In this document: positions 8,565 to 17,882 of the stretch, piece after piece
Numbering within the stretch: the stretch's first letter is position 1
Layout: every line of letters begins with the position of its first letter
Source: Cyanophora paradoxa CCMP329
Taxonomy: Eukaryota > Plantae > Glaucophyta
Assembly (NCBI GenBank): GCA_004431415.1
Contig: QPMI01000509.1
Location: 1-20,118, forward strand
DNA: 20,118 nt
Direction: 5' to 3'
The notes under the pieces: model-generated
Told to the model about the DNA's origin: nothing
Database searches by the model: none
The model's input: only the letters and a program-made list of their open reading frames with translations
Program-made: the position numbers and the translations under genes

Positions 8565-8650
8565 CCTTGACGATAGGATGATTTCCTTTGATCTTGATGG
8601 CTCTGTATCCCTCTGAAATTGAACGCGTGTTTTCTGACTTCGTCTGAAGC

Positions 8651-8702
8651 TCACCTGACGCGGGGCCTTAAGAGGGGGCACGGGGCCTCGGTTCCTCACA
8701 CT
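8651..8702 (+). promoter_or_regulatory. Putative promoter module, copy 2
   Basis: TCACCTGA 8651-8658, CTTAAG 8667-8672, CCTCACACT 8694-8702, ATG 8725. Confidence 0.6.
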
Positions 8703-8724
8703 TTAACCGTAAGCCAACGAGAGA

Positions 8725-8951
8725 ATGTGCGCCCCCAAGTACTTCACCTGCTGCCTGACTTCGGCATCTTCGAGTACGAGGCCATGGAAGAGGATCTGGA
8801 CGAGAACGGCGAGATCTGCTTCAACTACTGCAGGCTGCTGCGCAACATCTCGCTGGAGTGCCGCAAGGGCGACTGCTTCCAGCACATCATGCTCAATCCC
8901 GCCAAGAACGAGATCACCCTGTACGCCGTCGCCTGCCCAGCGCCAGATTAG
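8725..8951 (+). CDS. Small hypothetical protein (frameshift near start)
   Basis: MCAPKYFT / LPDFGIFEYEAMEEDLDENGEICFNYCRLLRNISLECRKGDCFQHIMLNPAKNEITLYAVACPAPD*. Confidence 0.6.
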
Positions 8952-9017
8952 ACTCTCGAATATTCGCGTAGCGCGATCGAAGCCTTCCCCCCCCAGTGAG
9001 ACGAATTGACACGTGTT

Positions 9018-9098
9018 TTACCTGAATCACCTGAGCGCTCAGCTGAAGTCAGGTGGGGCGCCTTTAAATATTTTCTAGCGCTAGGCTGATCGCACACT
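9018..9098 (+). promoter_or_regulatory. Putative promoter module, copy 3
   Basis: TTACCTGA 9018, TCACCTGA 9027, TCAGCTGA 9039, TCAGGTG 9049, TTTAAA 9063, CGCACACT 9091-9098, CAACATGG start at 9112. Confidence 0.6.
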
Positions 9099-9111
9099 AA
9101 GCTCAGACAAC

Positions 9112-9856
9112 ATGGCCACCGTCCGCAACGCCAACGAGATCGACCCCGCAAGCTCGCCTTCGAGATCGACGCCACCGGCCGCATCAAGGCCAAGTACGAC
9201 GGCCTGCAGGGCCTCATGATGTACGCGCCGCCCATGGTCACCATCAACCCCTGCATCAACACAGAGCAAGGCAAGGCGTGGAGCGACGAGAAGAAGGCCT
9301 TCGTCATGGAAGAAAACGGCGGATTCTACACGCTGGACCTCACCGATCTCAGCGCCGTCGACGGCCAGACGAACCCCGCCGCGGACGAGTTCCTCAAGCT
9401 GCTCGAGGCCCTGGACGCGAAATTCTGCGAGTTCGTGCAGCAGAACCAGGCCAAGCTCAAGGTCTCGCCCGGCCGCTCCCTCTCCAAGGACAGATCTCGG
9501 TGCTGCAGACCCCCAGCGTGCGCATCAAGGTCGACAAGGAGTCGGGCCAGGCCTTCTACAAGTACCTCAACATGCGCATCCGCACCCAGACGATGGCGGG
9601 CAAGCGCAAGACCATCCCCGTCGTCGACATGTCCAACTACCTCATCACCGAGCGCGCCACCATCGGCACCGGCGACCTGGTGGCCGCCCTCGTCAAAATC
9701 GACACCGCCTACGCCATCCCCGAGGGCAAGTTCGGCCTCAAGTGGTCCTTCCTCGCCGTGCAGCAGTGCAAGGTCGGCGCCTTTCGCTTCGCAGGCCGCA
9801 CGCCCGAGCTGGCCTCAGGCCCTACGACAACGAGGCCAGCTTCGAGCCCTACCTAA
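9112..9856 (+). CDS. NCLDV-type (DUF2738 / T7 gp2.5-like OB-fold) ssDNA-binding protein (frameshifted)
   Basis: Pattern MYAPPMVT...FYTLDL...FLKLLEALDAKFCEFVQQNQ...TIPVVD...GDLVAALVKIDTAY...GKFGLKWSFLAVQ resembles this family; about 245 aa when stitched. Confidence 0.8.
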
Positions 9857-9943
9857 ACCCCGAGTCTATGTACACAGCCCCCATGCAGTAGCTCGGACGA
9901 ATAATTGTGAATTTTTGGTGCAATTGATTACACGCGTTTACAC

Positions 9944-10743
9944 TCAAAGGCCGTTGAACTTGCCGCCCACCGCCTTGGGCTCCGCCGCCGTCGAGGCCGC
10001 CGCCTCCGTCACCTCCTTCATTACCTCCGGGTTCGCGTTCGCCGCGTGCACGCCAGCACCGTCTGCACAAGGGCCATCCCCAGGCGCGCCTCGGGCCCCA
10101 GGGTCACGTAGCGCGAGTACTTGATCACCAGCTCCTCCAAATCGGCTGCACCTGGTCCATCGAAGAGAGCGTCGCCTGCCCGAGCCGTCGAGCTTCAGGC
10201 CGATCGATCGTACGCCTTGTTCAGGTGCTCCAGCGAGTGCATGCCCGCGATCAGAAAGAGGCGCGCCGCCTCCAGCGAACCCCGCGTGCTCAGCTCGCGC
10301 TGAATCTCCTCGTACTCTTCCTTCAGCTCGTCCAGCGGCGTCGCCAGGCTCAGCTTCTTCGTGACGTAAGCTCGCCCCCGAACGAGCGCCGGTACTGCGC
10401 GATCTGCCGCAGAACCTGCTTCTTCTCGTCCACGTCCACCTGCGCCTCGTCCCGCGGCCGCTCCTGCAGGTCGATTCCCAGCGCCTTTTTTCACGCTCTG
10501 CTCCTTTTTCTTCGTCATTCGATGTGCTCCTGCACGCTGAAGCTCGCGCCTTGCTCGGCGCCGTCGGCGGCACACGCCGTGGCCCGTCGCCCGGCAGCGC
10601 CATCCTGTCGGCCTTCGGCGCCTTCTCCCCCTTTTCCTTGCCCTCCTTCGCGGGCGGCCCTTCTTTCCGGGGCTGCGGGATTCCCACGGGGTTCGCCCGT
10701 CCACGGCCAGCGCCTCGAAGCCAAGCATCGCCGAGGGGTCCAT
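9944..10743 (-). CDS. DUF5767-like conserved NCLDV protein (frameshifted)
   Basis: LSLATPLDELKEEYEEIQREL...LIAGMHSLEHLNKAYD / GLKLDG / DLEELVIKY...GPEARLGMAL matches the remembered LKLDG..EL..KY..PExRL signature. Confidence 0.65.
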
Positions 10744-10781
10744 CTTTACGCCTGCCCCTTAGAAATATTTTTACTCCGAGG

Positions 10782-11097
10782 TCAGCTCACGAAGAGCTCG
10801 AGTACAGCCACAGCTTCTCGCGCAGCTCCGGCCGCTGCCGTAGAAGAGGCGAGCGCACGGCCGAGGCGTACTCCTGCGGCAGCCTCTCGAAAACCGAGTC
10901 GTCCTTCGCCTTGATTAATTCCGCCTCCGCGTTGATGTGCCTCCTGAACAGAACGATGACCGCCGTGGCCCCTATGCCGCGCAGCGACTGGATCTGCGCC
11001 CGCACCCCGGCTCCTTGGCCTCCGGCTCCAGCAGGTCGAGGAAGCGGCCCCAGCGCGCCTCGATCTGCTCGCCCAGCGTCGCCTCCGTCGCTGCCAT
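10782..11097 (-). CDS. Hypothetical helical viral protein (frameshifted)
   Basis: MAATEATLGEQIEARWGRFLDLL / IVLFRRHINAEAELIKAKDDSVFERLP...REKLWLY / LELFVS*; AATTTCTGAG upstream. Confidence 0.65.
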
Positions 11098-11119
11098 GTG
11101 CTCGCGTGGGCCTCAGAAA

Positions 11120-12244
11120 TTACTGACCGGGTCGGAGGGCCCGGGCTGCTAGGTCGTACATCTCCGCCTTCCGGGCGTTCGTTTCCGCGAGCATGGTAAT
11201 CTGACTGTTCTCCGTGTTCCGGACGAGGGCCTGGAAGGCTGTCTGAATTGCAGTCTGCGATGCTTCGGACATACCGGCCACCGTCCCCTTTGCACGGAGC
11301 GCTTCCATGCGTCCTTTCTCGAACGGCGTGGCAAGCTGGTTGCTCTGCAGCGCAGGGAGCGGGTTGACGACGCGGGGCAGCAGGTTCTGGTCCGCGTAAG
11401 GCGTGGCCGTGGGCAGGGCCGGGCCGCGCGTCCCGGCTGATCGAGGAGCATGGCGCCCGAACGGATTGCCCGGCTGAAGTCCACGTCGTTGCGCCGTAGG
11501 GCTGTTGACGGCGCTGCTGATGTTGGCCGTCCTGCGCGTTGAACATGGGCGAAGGTCGGGGGTGTAGCCGCGCGGCAGCCCCTGCGGGTGCGCATGCCGT
11601 CTGCCCGTAGCGAGCCGGCCGGCCGAGCAGGTTCTCCTTCTCGATCTCTCATCGTCTTGATCCAGCCGCGCTCAGCGGCGCCCACTTCATGACGAGATCG
11701 TCGTAGTTCATCGGGAAGAAAACCTTCTGGTATTTATCGAAGCGCTGAATTTCGATATCCTGCTCGATCATGTTCGTAATTCGCTCCAGCAGCTCGGGGT
11801 AATATTCCTCGAGCATTTTTGGCGACGCCCGGCTGCTTCAGGTTCGAAGGCCGTCATCAGCCCACTGGTCGAAATCGCGAATCATGATTTCCTTCCGCAG
11901 GCTGAACGCGTTTCTCACATCCTCCTCGTTGATCGTGCGGCCGGGGTTCGCGTTCTGCAGCTGCTGTCGGATGCCCATAGCGCATCAGCTTCTCCATCGA
12001 GGGCGTGTACTTCATCGCGGGCAGGGTCTTCGTTTCCCCCCCGCTGAGCCCCAGCCCCGCGCCTTATCCTCCGGGCGTGTAGATGTCGCCTTCGTCCCAT
12101 CTACGACGGGCACCTCGGGCATAATCGTGCCCGGAAGGAACTTGTTCACGATGCCGTCCATGTCGGCCTTCAGGTCGTTCTTCAGCGACTGGCGCTGCTT
12201 CTTAGAGCCCTCCCAATGTCCATCATAGAGTGGCCCTTCGTCAT
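11120..12244 (-). CDS. Hypothetical protein of about 370 aa next to the capsid gene (multiple frameshifts)
   Basis: Coding-like segments KKQRQSLKNDLKADMDGIVNKFLPG, DVRNAFSLRKEIMIRDFDQWA, MLEEYYPELLERITNMIEQDIEIQRFDKYQKVFFPMNYDDLVMK and TAFQALVRNTENSQITMLAETNARKAEMYDL. Confidence 0.6.
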
Positions 12245-12324
12245 CGCGCCTCGGTTAGGATCCCAGTGGGAAAAATTATTGGTTCACATCGGCCTACCAA
12301 GCACACCCTGGCTAACAAGGCAAT

Positions 12325-13691
12325 CTAATGGAAGCCGGCGGTAGGCGCGCGCCGGTTGGTGAAGGTGATCTCGTTGTAGTAGCGGCAGTAGATGTCGGCC
12401 ACGGGCTTGTCCGTCGCCGTAGGTCTTGAAGCGTGGTGAGCGTGAGCTCGATGGTCTTGAAGGCGCCATGTCGAGGCCGCGAACATCTTGGTGTTGTCGG
12501 CCACGTCCGTCCGAAGGGGAGCGAGTAGATGAACTCCGTCCCGAACTGGCCCACGTTGCGGGGGCTGGATGTCGCTGCTGTGCGCGTCGTGGGGTCGCAA
12601 GGGTCGTGGGGGCCGTGTCGTTGCCCGACCACGGGGTGCGGGTTGCAAGCGCGTCGGCCACGTCGGCCGCTGCGTCCCGTCCATCGAGGTCAACGCCCGC
12701 AGCAGCTCGAGTGCTTGCGGGCGGGGGCGTGCGTGTGCTCTTGTGCGCGATGGCGCGTGCCGCAAAAGTGCGCTGTCGTGTTCGAGCTATCGAGCACCTT
12801 GATGTTGTCGCACTTCAGCTCGATTGTCGAGCGGGCGGAAGCGCCAGAAGTGCTCGCGTTGTCGGTGTGCGGCTTGTCGCGCACCACGATGATCAGCTCG
12901 TAGCAGATTCCGGTGAAGGGCAGGCGGATGCCTTGCCGACTCGAACGAGACGTGGTAGTGCCTGCACGTACTTGCCGGCCCACGTGAACGAGTTCGGGTG
13001 CAGCGCAGCTCAGCGCGAGTCGATGTGCACGTAGCGCAGGATGAGCTTGTGTCCAGGCTGACGGTGCTCGTCAGGTTGGTGTTGGTGTGCAGGCGGCCGT
13101 CCACGTACGAGGCCGTGATCTCCTTCTGCGAGGCGTACGTGATCTGCAGCTTCATGTCGTTTCCGGAGCAGCGGAGCTTGTGGAGAGGCACGGCGGAACT
13201 TTCGACCGTGGCCCGTCGCGATGCGAATCGGTATGTACACGCGTGTTCGAGGCTTGCCCCGGCGGCGCAGCGGCTGGTGCGCCCAGAGGTTGTTCACCAT
13301 GTCGACGTGCTGGACGACGGACTTGTCGTCCTCGAACTCGCCGTAGATGGCGTCGTATGGCCGTCGTACTCGTGGATCAGCTGCGCGCCCACGAAGATCT
13401 TCACCTTCTTGAGCAGCACGTAGCCGGCCTTCGGGATGTAGAAGTGGTCCGCGTTCGTCAGCGCCGGCAGCGTCACCTTGAGCCAGAGTCGTTGAACATC
13501 GGCGCCGAGTGGCGGGATGACGATGTCGACGGTCTGGGCGAAGCTCACGCCGACTGCACGGGGCTCACCTCGAGCACCTCGTCCACGAACGGCATCGCCG
13601 TGTCGAAGGTCTCGTGCACGTGCACGACGCATCGGAGCTGCGCAGCGAGTGGTGCAGGGCGGTCGTGGGGTGGAGATGAGCGCGGAGCCAT
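12325..13691 (-). CDS. MCP: NCLDV-type double jelly-roll major capsid protein (multiple frameshifts)
   Basis: VSFAQTVDIVIPPLGADVQRLWLKVTLPAL...YIPKAGYVLLKKVKIFVGAQLIHEYDG (Capsid_N pattern), VYIPI, IRLPFTGICYELIIVV, FIYSLPF and IYCRYYNEITF in the expected order; about 455 codons; CCACCATGG start. Confidence 0.88.
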
Positions 13692-13739
13692 GGTGGTTTA
13701 GGGGTGCGTTGAGAAAATTTTTGGTGGACGCCTACGTTA

Positions 13740-15674
13740 TTAGAGGCGCGTCCCCCGTCTCGCTAGGTCCGCGTCGTACGCCTTCTTGCGGAGTGCGTCC
13801 GTGATCGCAGACCAGTCGCGTGTGCCGTTAAGATAACCCAGGGCAAGTCCTTGGCCCAACATGAAGTAACGCTCTGGATCCAAGTTCATGAGTTGCTGGG
13901 CCCGCTCCTCTACGCGCGCACGACGCTCCATAAAGGGCCCTTTGCCGCAGATCCGAGCGGGTCCGCTTCTCGCTCAGCTTCGAAGAATTTCACGACATCC
14001 CGCCCAGGTCCGAAATATCACGGTGCTGCTCTGCTATCCGTGCTGTGCCTTGTTGACTCCAGCTGCTGGGCATGGGCTATCGGATGCAGTGGTTTGTAAT
14101 CGATTTCTTCTGCAAGGTATTCGCAACGCGCCGTCCCCTGCAGCGCGCGCGATTTCGGGCGATACGCTCACAAGGAATCCTCCCGGCGAGCCCGATTGCC
14201 GCGCGCTCCGCTTCCGTCTCTCGTCCATGGGATCGTCTGGACTGGCTGGATTGCCTGGAGCACCGGAGCGAAGTTTCTTCAGCAGCCCCGCACGGCGAGC
14301 TTCTGTCGCCTCTTTTCACCTTCTTGGCGGCCAGTTCAAGCGCATCGTTTACGTCCATGGTCGCATACCCGGGTCTCCGCCCCATATCCTTGTACGCGGC
14401 CCTGCGCTTGTCCATGGCTTCCTTCTCGCGCGGGGACGAGGGGGCGATTTCTATCCCCGCGTTTGCGAGTTGAGCCTGGACGCGACGGGCACCTGCTCGA
14501 TCACGGCCCTTGCCGCTGCAACGGCCACCGCCTCGGCCGCACCACACCTCTGGCGGGCGCGAGGGCCCCGCCTGCGGCTCGGGTGGCGGCGGGGCGGCGG
14601 TGGGGTGGAAGCGGGGCTGCTGCTCCGCTGGGGCGCCGACGGCCGGGCCACCGTGTCCGGGGGCTGCGAGGGCCGGGCTGCGGCTGCAGCGGTGGCGTCT
14701 TCGGCCCGGGGGCGGAGGCGGCGGAGGCGGAGGCCCCGGAGGCGGGGCCCCCCTTCGTCGTCGGAGTCTGACTCGATCATTTCGTCTCTGGTTCCTTGGA
14801 TGGCAGGGCCTTCTGAATGAGGGCCTCGCGCGCGCCCTTGCCGCCTTGATTGCTCTGCCCATGGCCGCCTCCGGAAACTGGCCTCGATGGCCTCGTTGTC
14901 CCCGTCCGTGATGCGCACCTTTGCTCGCGGCGGGCCTTGATGTACTTTTCCTTGTCCATCCGCTTCTTCGCCGCCGCCTCTCCCTGAGCACGTCGCGCTG
15001 GCGGCTCTCGTTCCGGCCCCGGCCCCTCGCTGTCCGAGCTCGAGGGCGGCTCGGCCTGGGCGAAGGGCTGGCGCGTGTTGCGGTTCGCGTAGTCGGGGTC
15101 GTACCTCCCTCCGATCAGCTCCTCGGGCTTCTTGTTCTCGCGCGCGTAGATGCTCGTGGGCTTGAACTCCTCGCGTTGATGATGTACTTGTAGTAGTAGT
15201 ACGCGTCTCGAGGTTCATCGGCCCAGCGTCTCGAGGCGCTTCTTGCGCTTCAGGAATTCGGTGATCTGATCCTCCTTCGACTTGCAGAACTCCCGCACGC
15301 CCGCAGCACCGTCAGGTTCTTGCCGTCCACGTCACAGGCGCCGCCCCCTTGGCCTTCAGGTTCGCGGTGAAGGCCGACTGGCCCATCAGCCAGGCGCGGA
15401 AGCCCTCCTCGTACTCCTCGTCGAGGCTCGACTCCATCTGCTGGAACTTGTTGATGTAGTAGGCGTTGGCGATGGCCTGCGCCTCCACCTCGGCGAGCTT
15501 GTCCGATTGATCGCGCTCCTCGAACCGAATTTCCGGCGTGGCCCTCGCCAGCGCCGTCTTCATCAGCTGCTGAAAGTGTGCGTACTTGTCGCTCTCGAAG
15601 GGCGTGATGTGCGAGTCCCGCCCCCGGGATCGCGAGCACGTTGCGCGGCGCGAACGCGAGGCGAGCCCCCTCAT
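13740..15674 (-). CDS. Large hypothetical protein with low-complexity middle (multiple frameshifts; may be two genes)
   Basis: N-part HITPFESDKYAHFQQLMK...YYINKFQQMESSLDEEYEEGFRAWLMGQS...EDQITEFLKRKKRLE...YYYKYII; C-part MERRARVEERAQQLMNLDPERYFMLGQGLALGYLNG...L*. Confidence 0.55.
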
Positions 15675-15705
15675 TTGCACTTCTTAGGAGCCGGCTTTTG
15701 AAATT

Positions 15706-15951
15706 TTATCGGTCTTGGCCTTGTCTTCCTTCCCGTCCTTCTTCTCGGCCCCTTCTTCCCCTGCTTCGTCGGGCGCATCGCCACGAATATTTGCGGGCGA
15801 GACGTCCTCGTACAGCGGCTTCGGTCCTTAGGAAATTCGGGCGGGCCTTCAGCTTCTCCTTCGCCTCCTTCACTCCGCCTGGTGGGCCGCTCTGCCGTTC
15901 GTGGGCGCCTTTTTCGCGCGGCTTCTTCTGCGCCTCCGCATGTTTACCCAT
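15706..15951 (-). CDS. Small highly basic hypothetical protein
   Basis: MGKHAEAQKKPREK...KEAKEKLKARPNFLRTEAAV...; ATG overlaps the upstream gene's TGA (TGATG). Frame is uncertain. Confidence 0.45.
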   Translation of the reverse strand: MGKHAEAQKKPREKGAHERQSGPPGGVKEAKEKLKARPNFLRTEAAVRGRLARKYSWRCARRSRGRRGREEGREGRQGQDR

Positions 15952-16280
15952 CACCAGAAAAATATGGGTTGGCGCCCCCCGTACGTCTCGGGGAACTGCC
16001 TCTCCCACCTGCGCATGGCCGCGTCCCTCTGGTCGTCGAAGCTACGGTAGGCCGCGGCCCTCTGCCCCATCACGATTTGCCAGAGCCGTGCACGGACCTC
16101 GTCCTGCAGTCTGTACACCCAATCGCGAATGTTCTCGACGATATCCGTCGGCAGCGTGGCCACCCCGCCTTGATCTCGGGTACATCCGTGGATCCTCTTC
16201 GAGCGTAAGCTTCTGCATGCGAGCGCGCAGCATCTCAATTTGCGTATCGATTGGGCCCAATAAGGGATAGATCGAGACAT
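15951..16280 (-). CDS. Hypothetical protein (compensating frameshifts)
   Basis: IDTQIEMLRARMQKLTLEEDPRMY / TLPTDIVENIRDWVYRLQDEVRARLWQIVMGQ...IFFW*; ATTTCTCAG upstream. Confidence 0.6.
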   Translation of the reverse strand: MSRSIPYWAQSIRKLRCCALACRSLRSKRIHGCTRDQGGVATLPTDIVENIRDWVYRLQDEVRARLWQIVMGQRAAAYRSFDDQRDAAMRRWERQFPETYGGRQPIFFW

Positions 16281-16292
16281 CGGGGTACGGGG

Positions 16293-16555
16293 TCACTGAG
16301 AAATAACACTGGGTCGGAAGAGGAGGTACCCCACCAGGATCCCCGCTATAATCCAGAGGGGCGACCAGTCGCGCTCCGCCGGCGCGCCCCCGGCGTCACC
16401 ATCAGCTGCCCCGCCCCGGGCCTGCGCAGGCCGTGCGTGCGGTGGTCCGCCCAGTGCGGGCGCGGGAACTGCTCCTGCGGCATGCGCTCGGGGTAGATGC
16501 CGTCGAATCGGTTCTGCATTTGGTACATGTCCCTATCGAACAGCAGGGAGGCCAT
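16293..16555 (-). CDS. Small membrane protein with C-terminal transmembrane helix (one frameshift)
   Basis: MASLLFDRDMYQMQNRFDGIYPERMP... / DWSPLWIIAGILVGYLLFRPSVISQ*; ATTTCTAAG upstream. Confidence 0.65.
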
Positions 16556-16575
16556 TTCTCAATTTGGGGAGGGAC

Positions 16576-16790
16576 TTAGAAATACTGCCCGTGAGCTCCC
16601 TGTCGCGGATCCTGCGAAAATCCGCGAAGAGCCCGCGCGCGCGCAGCGCCTGCAGACGAGGCGGGCCCGCCCGCCCACGCGCGCCACCGAGATCTCGTGG
16701 CCGAACTGCAGGTGGCCCGGGAAGCAGGTGGGGGGTAGTCGCAGACGAAGCAGTGGCAGGGGCAGTTGCGCCGCCGATCACATCTGAATT
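16576..16790 (-). CDS. Small Cys-rich putative zinc-finger protein (frameshifted, boundaries uncertain)
   Basis: CPCHCFVCDYP / GHEISVARVGGRARLVCRRCA / LFADFRRIRDREL: two CxxC pairs when stitched. Confidence 0.4.
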
Positions 16791-17173
16791 GCAATCGCGG
16801 GCTCGCTCGCCGCCTTCCTCGGCGCGCGCTGGCGCTTGGGCTGGGCCTCGAGCGGGCTCGGGTCGCCCTCCGCGGGGGCCGCCTTGGCCTTCTGCCGGGG
16901 CGCCGCGGGGGGCTTCGGGGCCGTAGGGGCTGCCGGTGCCTGGCTCGAGCCGGCGGCCGGGCCAGCGGCGTCGGTCACCTGCGGGCGCTGCGGCGGAGGG
17001 CTGGTCTCCCGGGCCCCCTCCTCGAGGACCCGGCGCATGAAGCGCGAGACGCGGCCGCTGCATTGCGTGCAGGAGCCGACGGCCACCTGGCGGTTGTTCT
17101 TGCTGGTACGCACCTCGACGTTGGCGAGCTTGGTGTTGGAGCGGCACTTGAAGCAGTAGTGGGCGTGCTCCAT
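16778..17173 (-). CDS. DUF5679-type zinc-ribbon protein with Pro/Ala/Lys-rich tail
   Basis: YCFKCRSNTKLANVEVRTSKNNRQVAVGSCTQCSGRVSRF matches the YCxKC...KNxR...GxCxxCG...RF pattern; intact 131-aa ORF. Confidence 0.8.
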   Translation of the reverse strand: MEHAHYCFKCRSNTKLANVEVRTSKNNRQVAVGSCTQCSGRVSRFMRRVLEEGARETSPPPQRPQVTDAAGPAAGSSQAPAAPTAPKPPAAPRQKAKAAPAEGDPSPLEAQPKRQRAPRKAASEPAIAIQM

Positions 17174-17178
17174 GGGAT

Positions 17179-17343
17179 CTAGCTACGGGTGTAGACAGCC
17201 TTCAGAAAAAAGTGCGTAGTAGCGGACGGCGCACCGGGGCAGCAGACGTAGACGCCCGCCTTGAGCACCCAGCCGCGCTTGGTCTGGGGCAGGCGGCAGA
17301 TTTCGCAGCAGAGGGGCCTCGGCTTACGGCATGACGATCCCAT
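17179..17343 (-). CDS. Small putative zinc-finger protein
   Basis: MGSSCRKPRPLCCEICRLPQTKRGWVLKAGVYVCCP(xC with one indel); ATTTCTGGA upstream of ATG 17343. Confidence 0.5.
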   Translation of the reverse strand: MGSSCRKPRPLCCEICRLPQTKRGWVLKAGVYVCCPGAPSATTHFFLKAVYTRS

Positions 17344-17373
17344 CTGCGGGCCCTCCAGAAATCGCAACGGGAA

Positions 17374-17848
17374 TCACACGGATTGAGCGCGGCGTAGAGG
17401 GCGATCAGGTAGGCGTCGCAGAGGTCGTCGAGCTTGCCGTTTCGATCCGCGATGTCGGCGAGCTCGGCGGGTACGAGGTCGCGGCACTTGTCCACCGCGC
17501 CCCGCTTGCGCTCCTTGTAGCTCGGGTTCGAGATCTTGAAGAAGTGCTTGATGGCGCGCGGGCTCACGATCCGCGCACGCCCGTACAGCAGGGCGTGGAG
17601 CGTGCACTCGATGCAGCGATTGATTCCCGTCCTCTGGCCCTCGATCGCGATCTGGTCGGGAAGGCCGAAGGCGCTATGGCCGCGAGTAACCTCCACCAGG
17701 CGCGCCACAAGGCGGCCACAGCAGCGCGCAGACGGGAAGAGGGCGATCTTCTGCCAGTCGAGAATCTGGGATTCCTTTGTCTGCGGATCGAATTCGATGA
17801 GGCACCATGCGAAATTGATGACCCCACATCCACGCCGAGGATCTTCAT
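17374..17848 (-). CDS. RuvC-like Holliday junction resolvase, poxvirus A22 family (frameshifted; 3' end approximate)
   Basis: MKILGVDVG / NFAWCLI, IAIEGQ, VSPRAIK, YKERKRGAV and KLDDLCDAYLIAL give all catalytic motifs in order. Confidence 0.9.
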
Positions 17849-17882
17849 CCAGGGTCGCAAGAAAATCTGAATGAAGGGGGTA

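Noticed and set aside
7224-8951. HUH replication endonuclease or transposase next to the inverted repeats
   Set aside because: No HUH plus catalytic Tyr or DDE motifs recognisable in the adjacent ORFs, and no target-site duplication seen.
16576-17343. VLTF2 assignment for the Cys-rich ORFs
   Set aside because: No CWxC...FCS.xC pattern, and the ORFs are too short.
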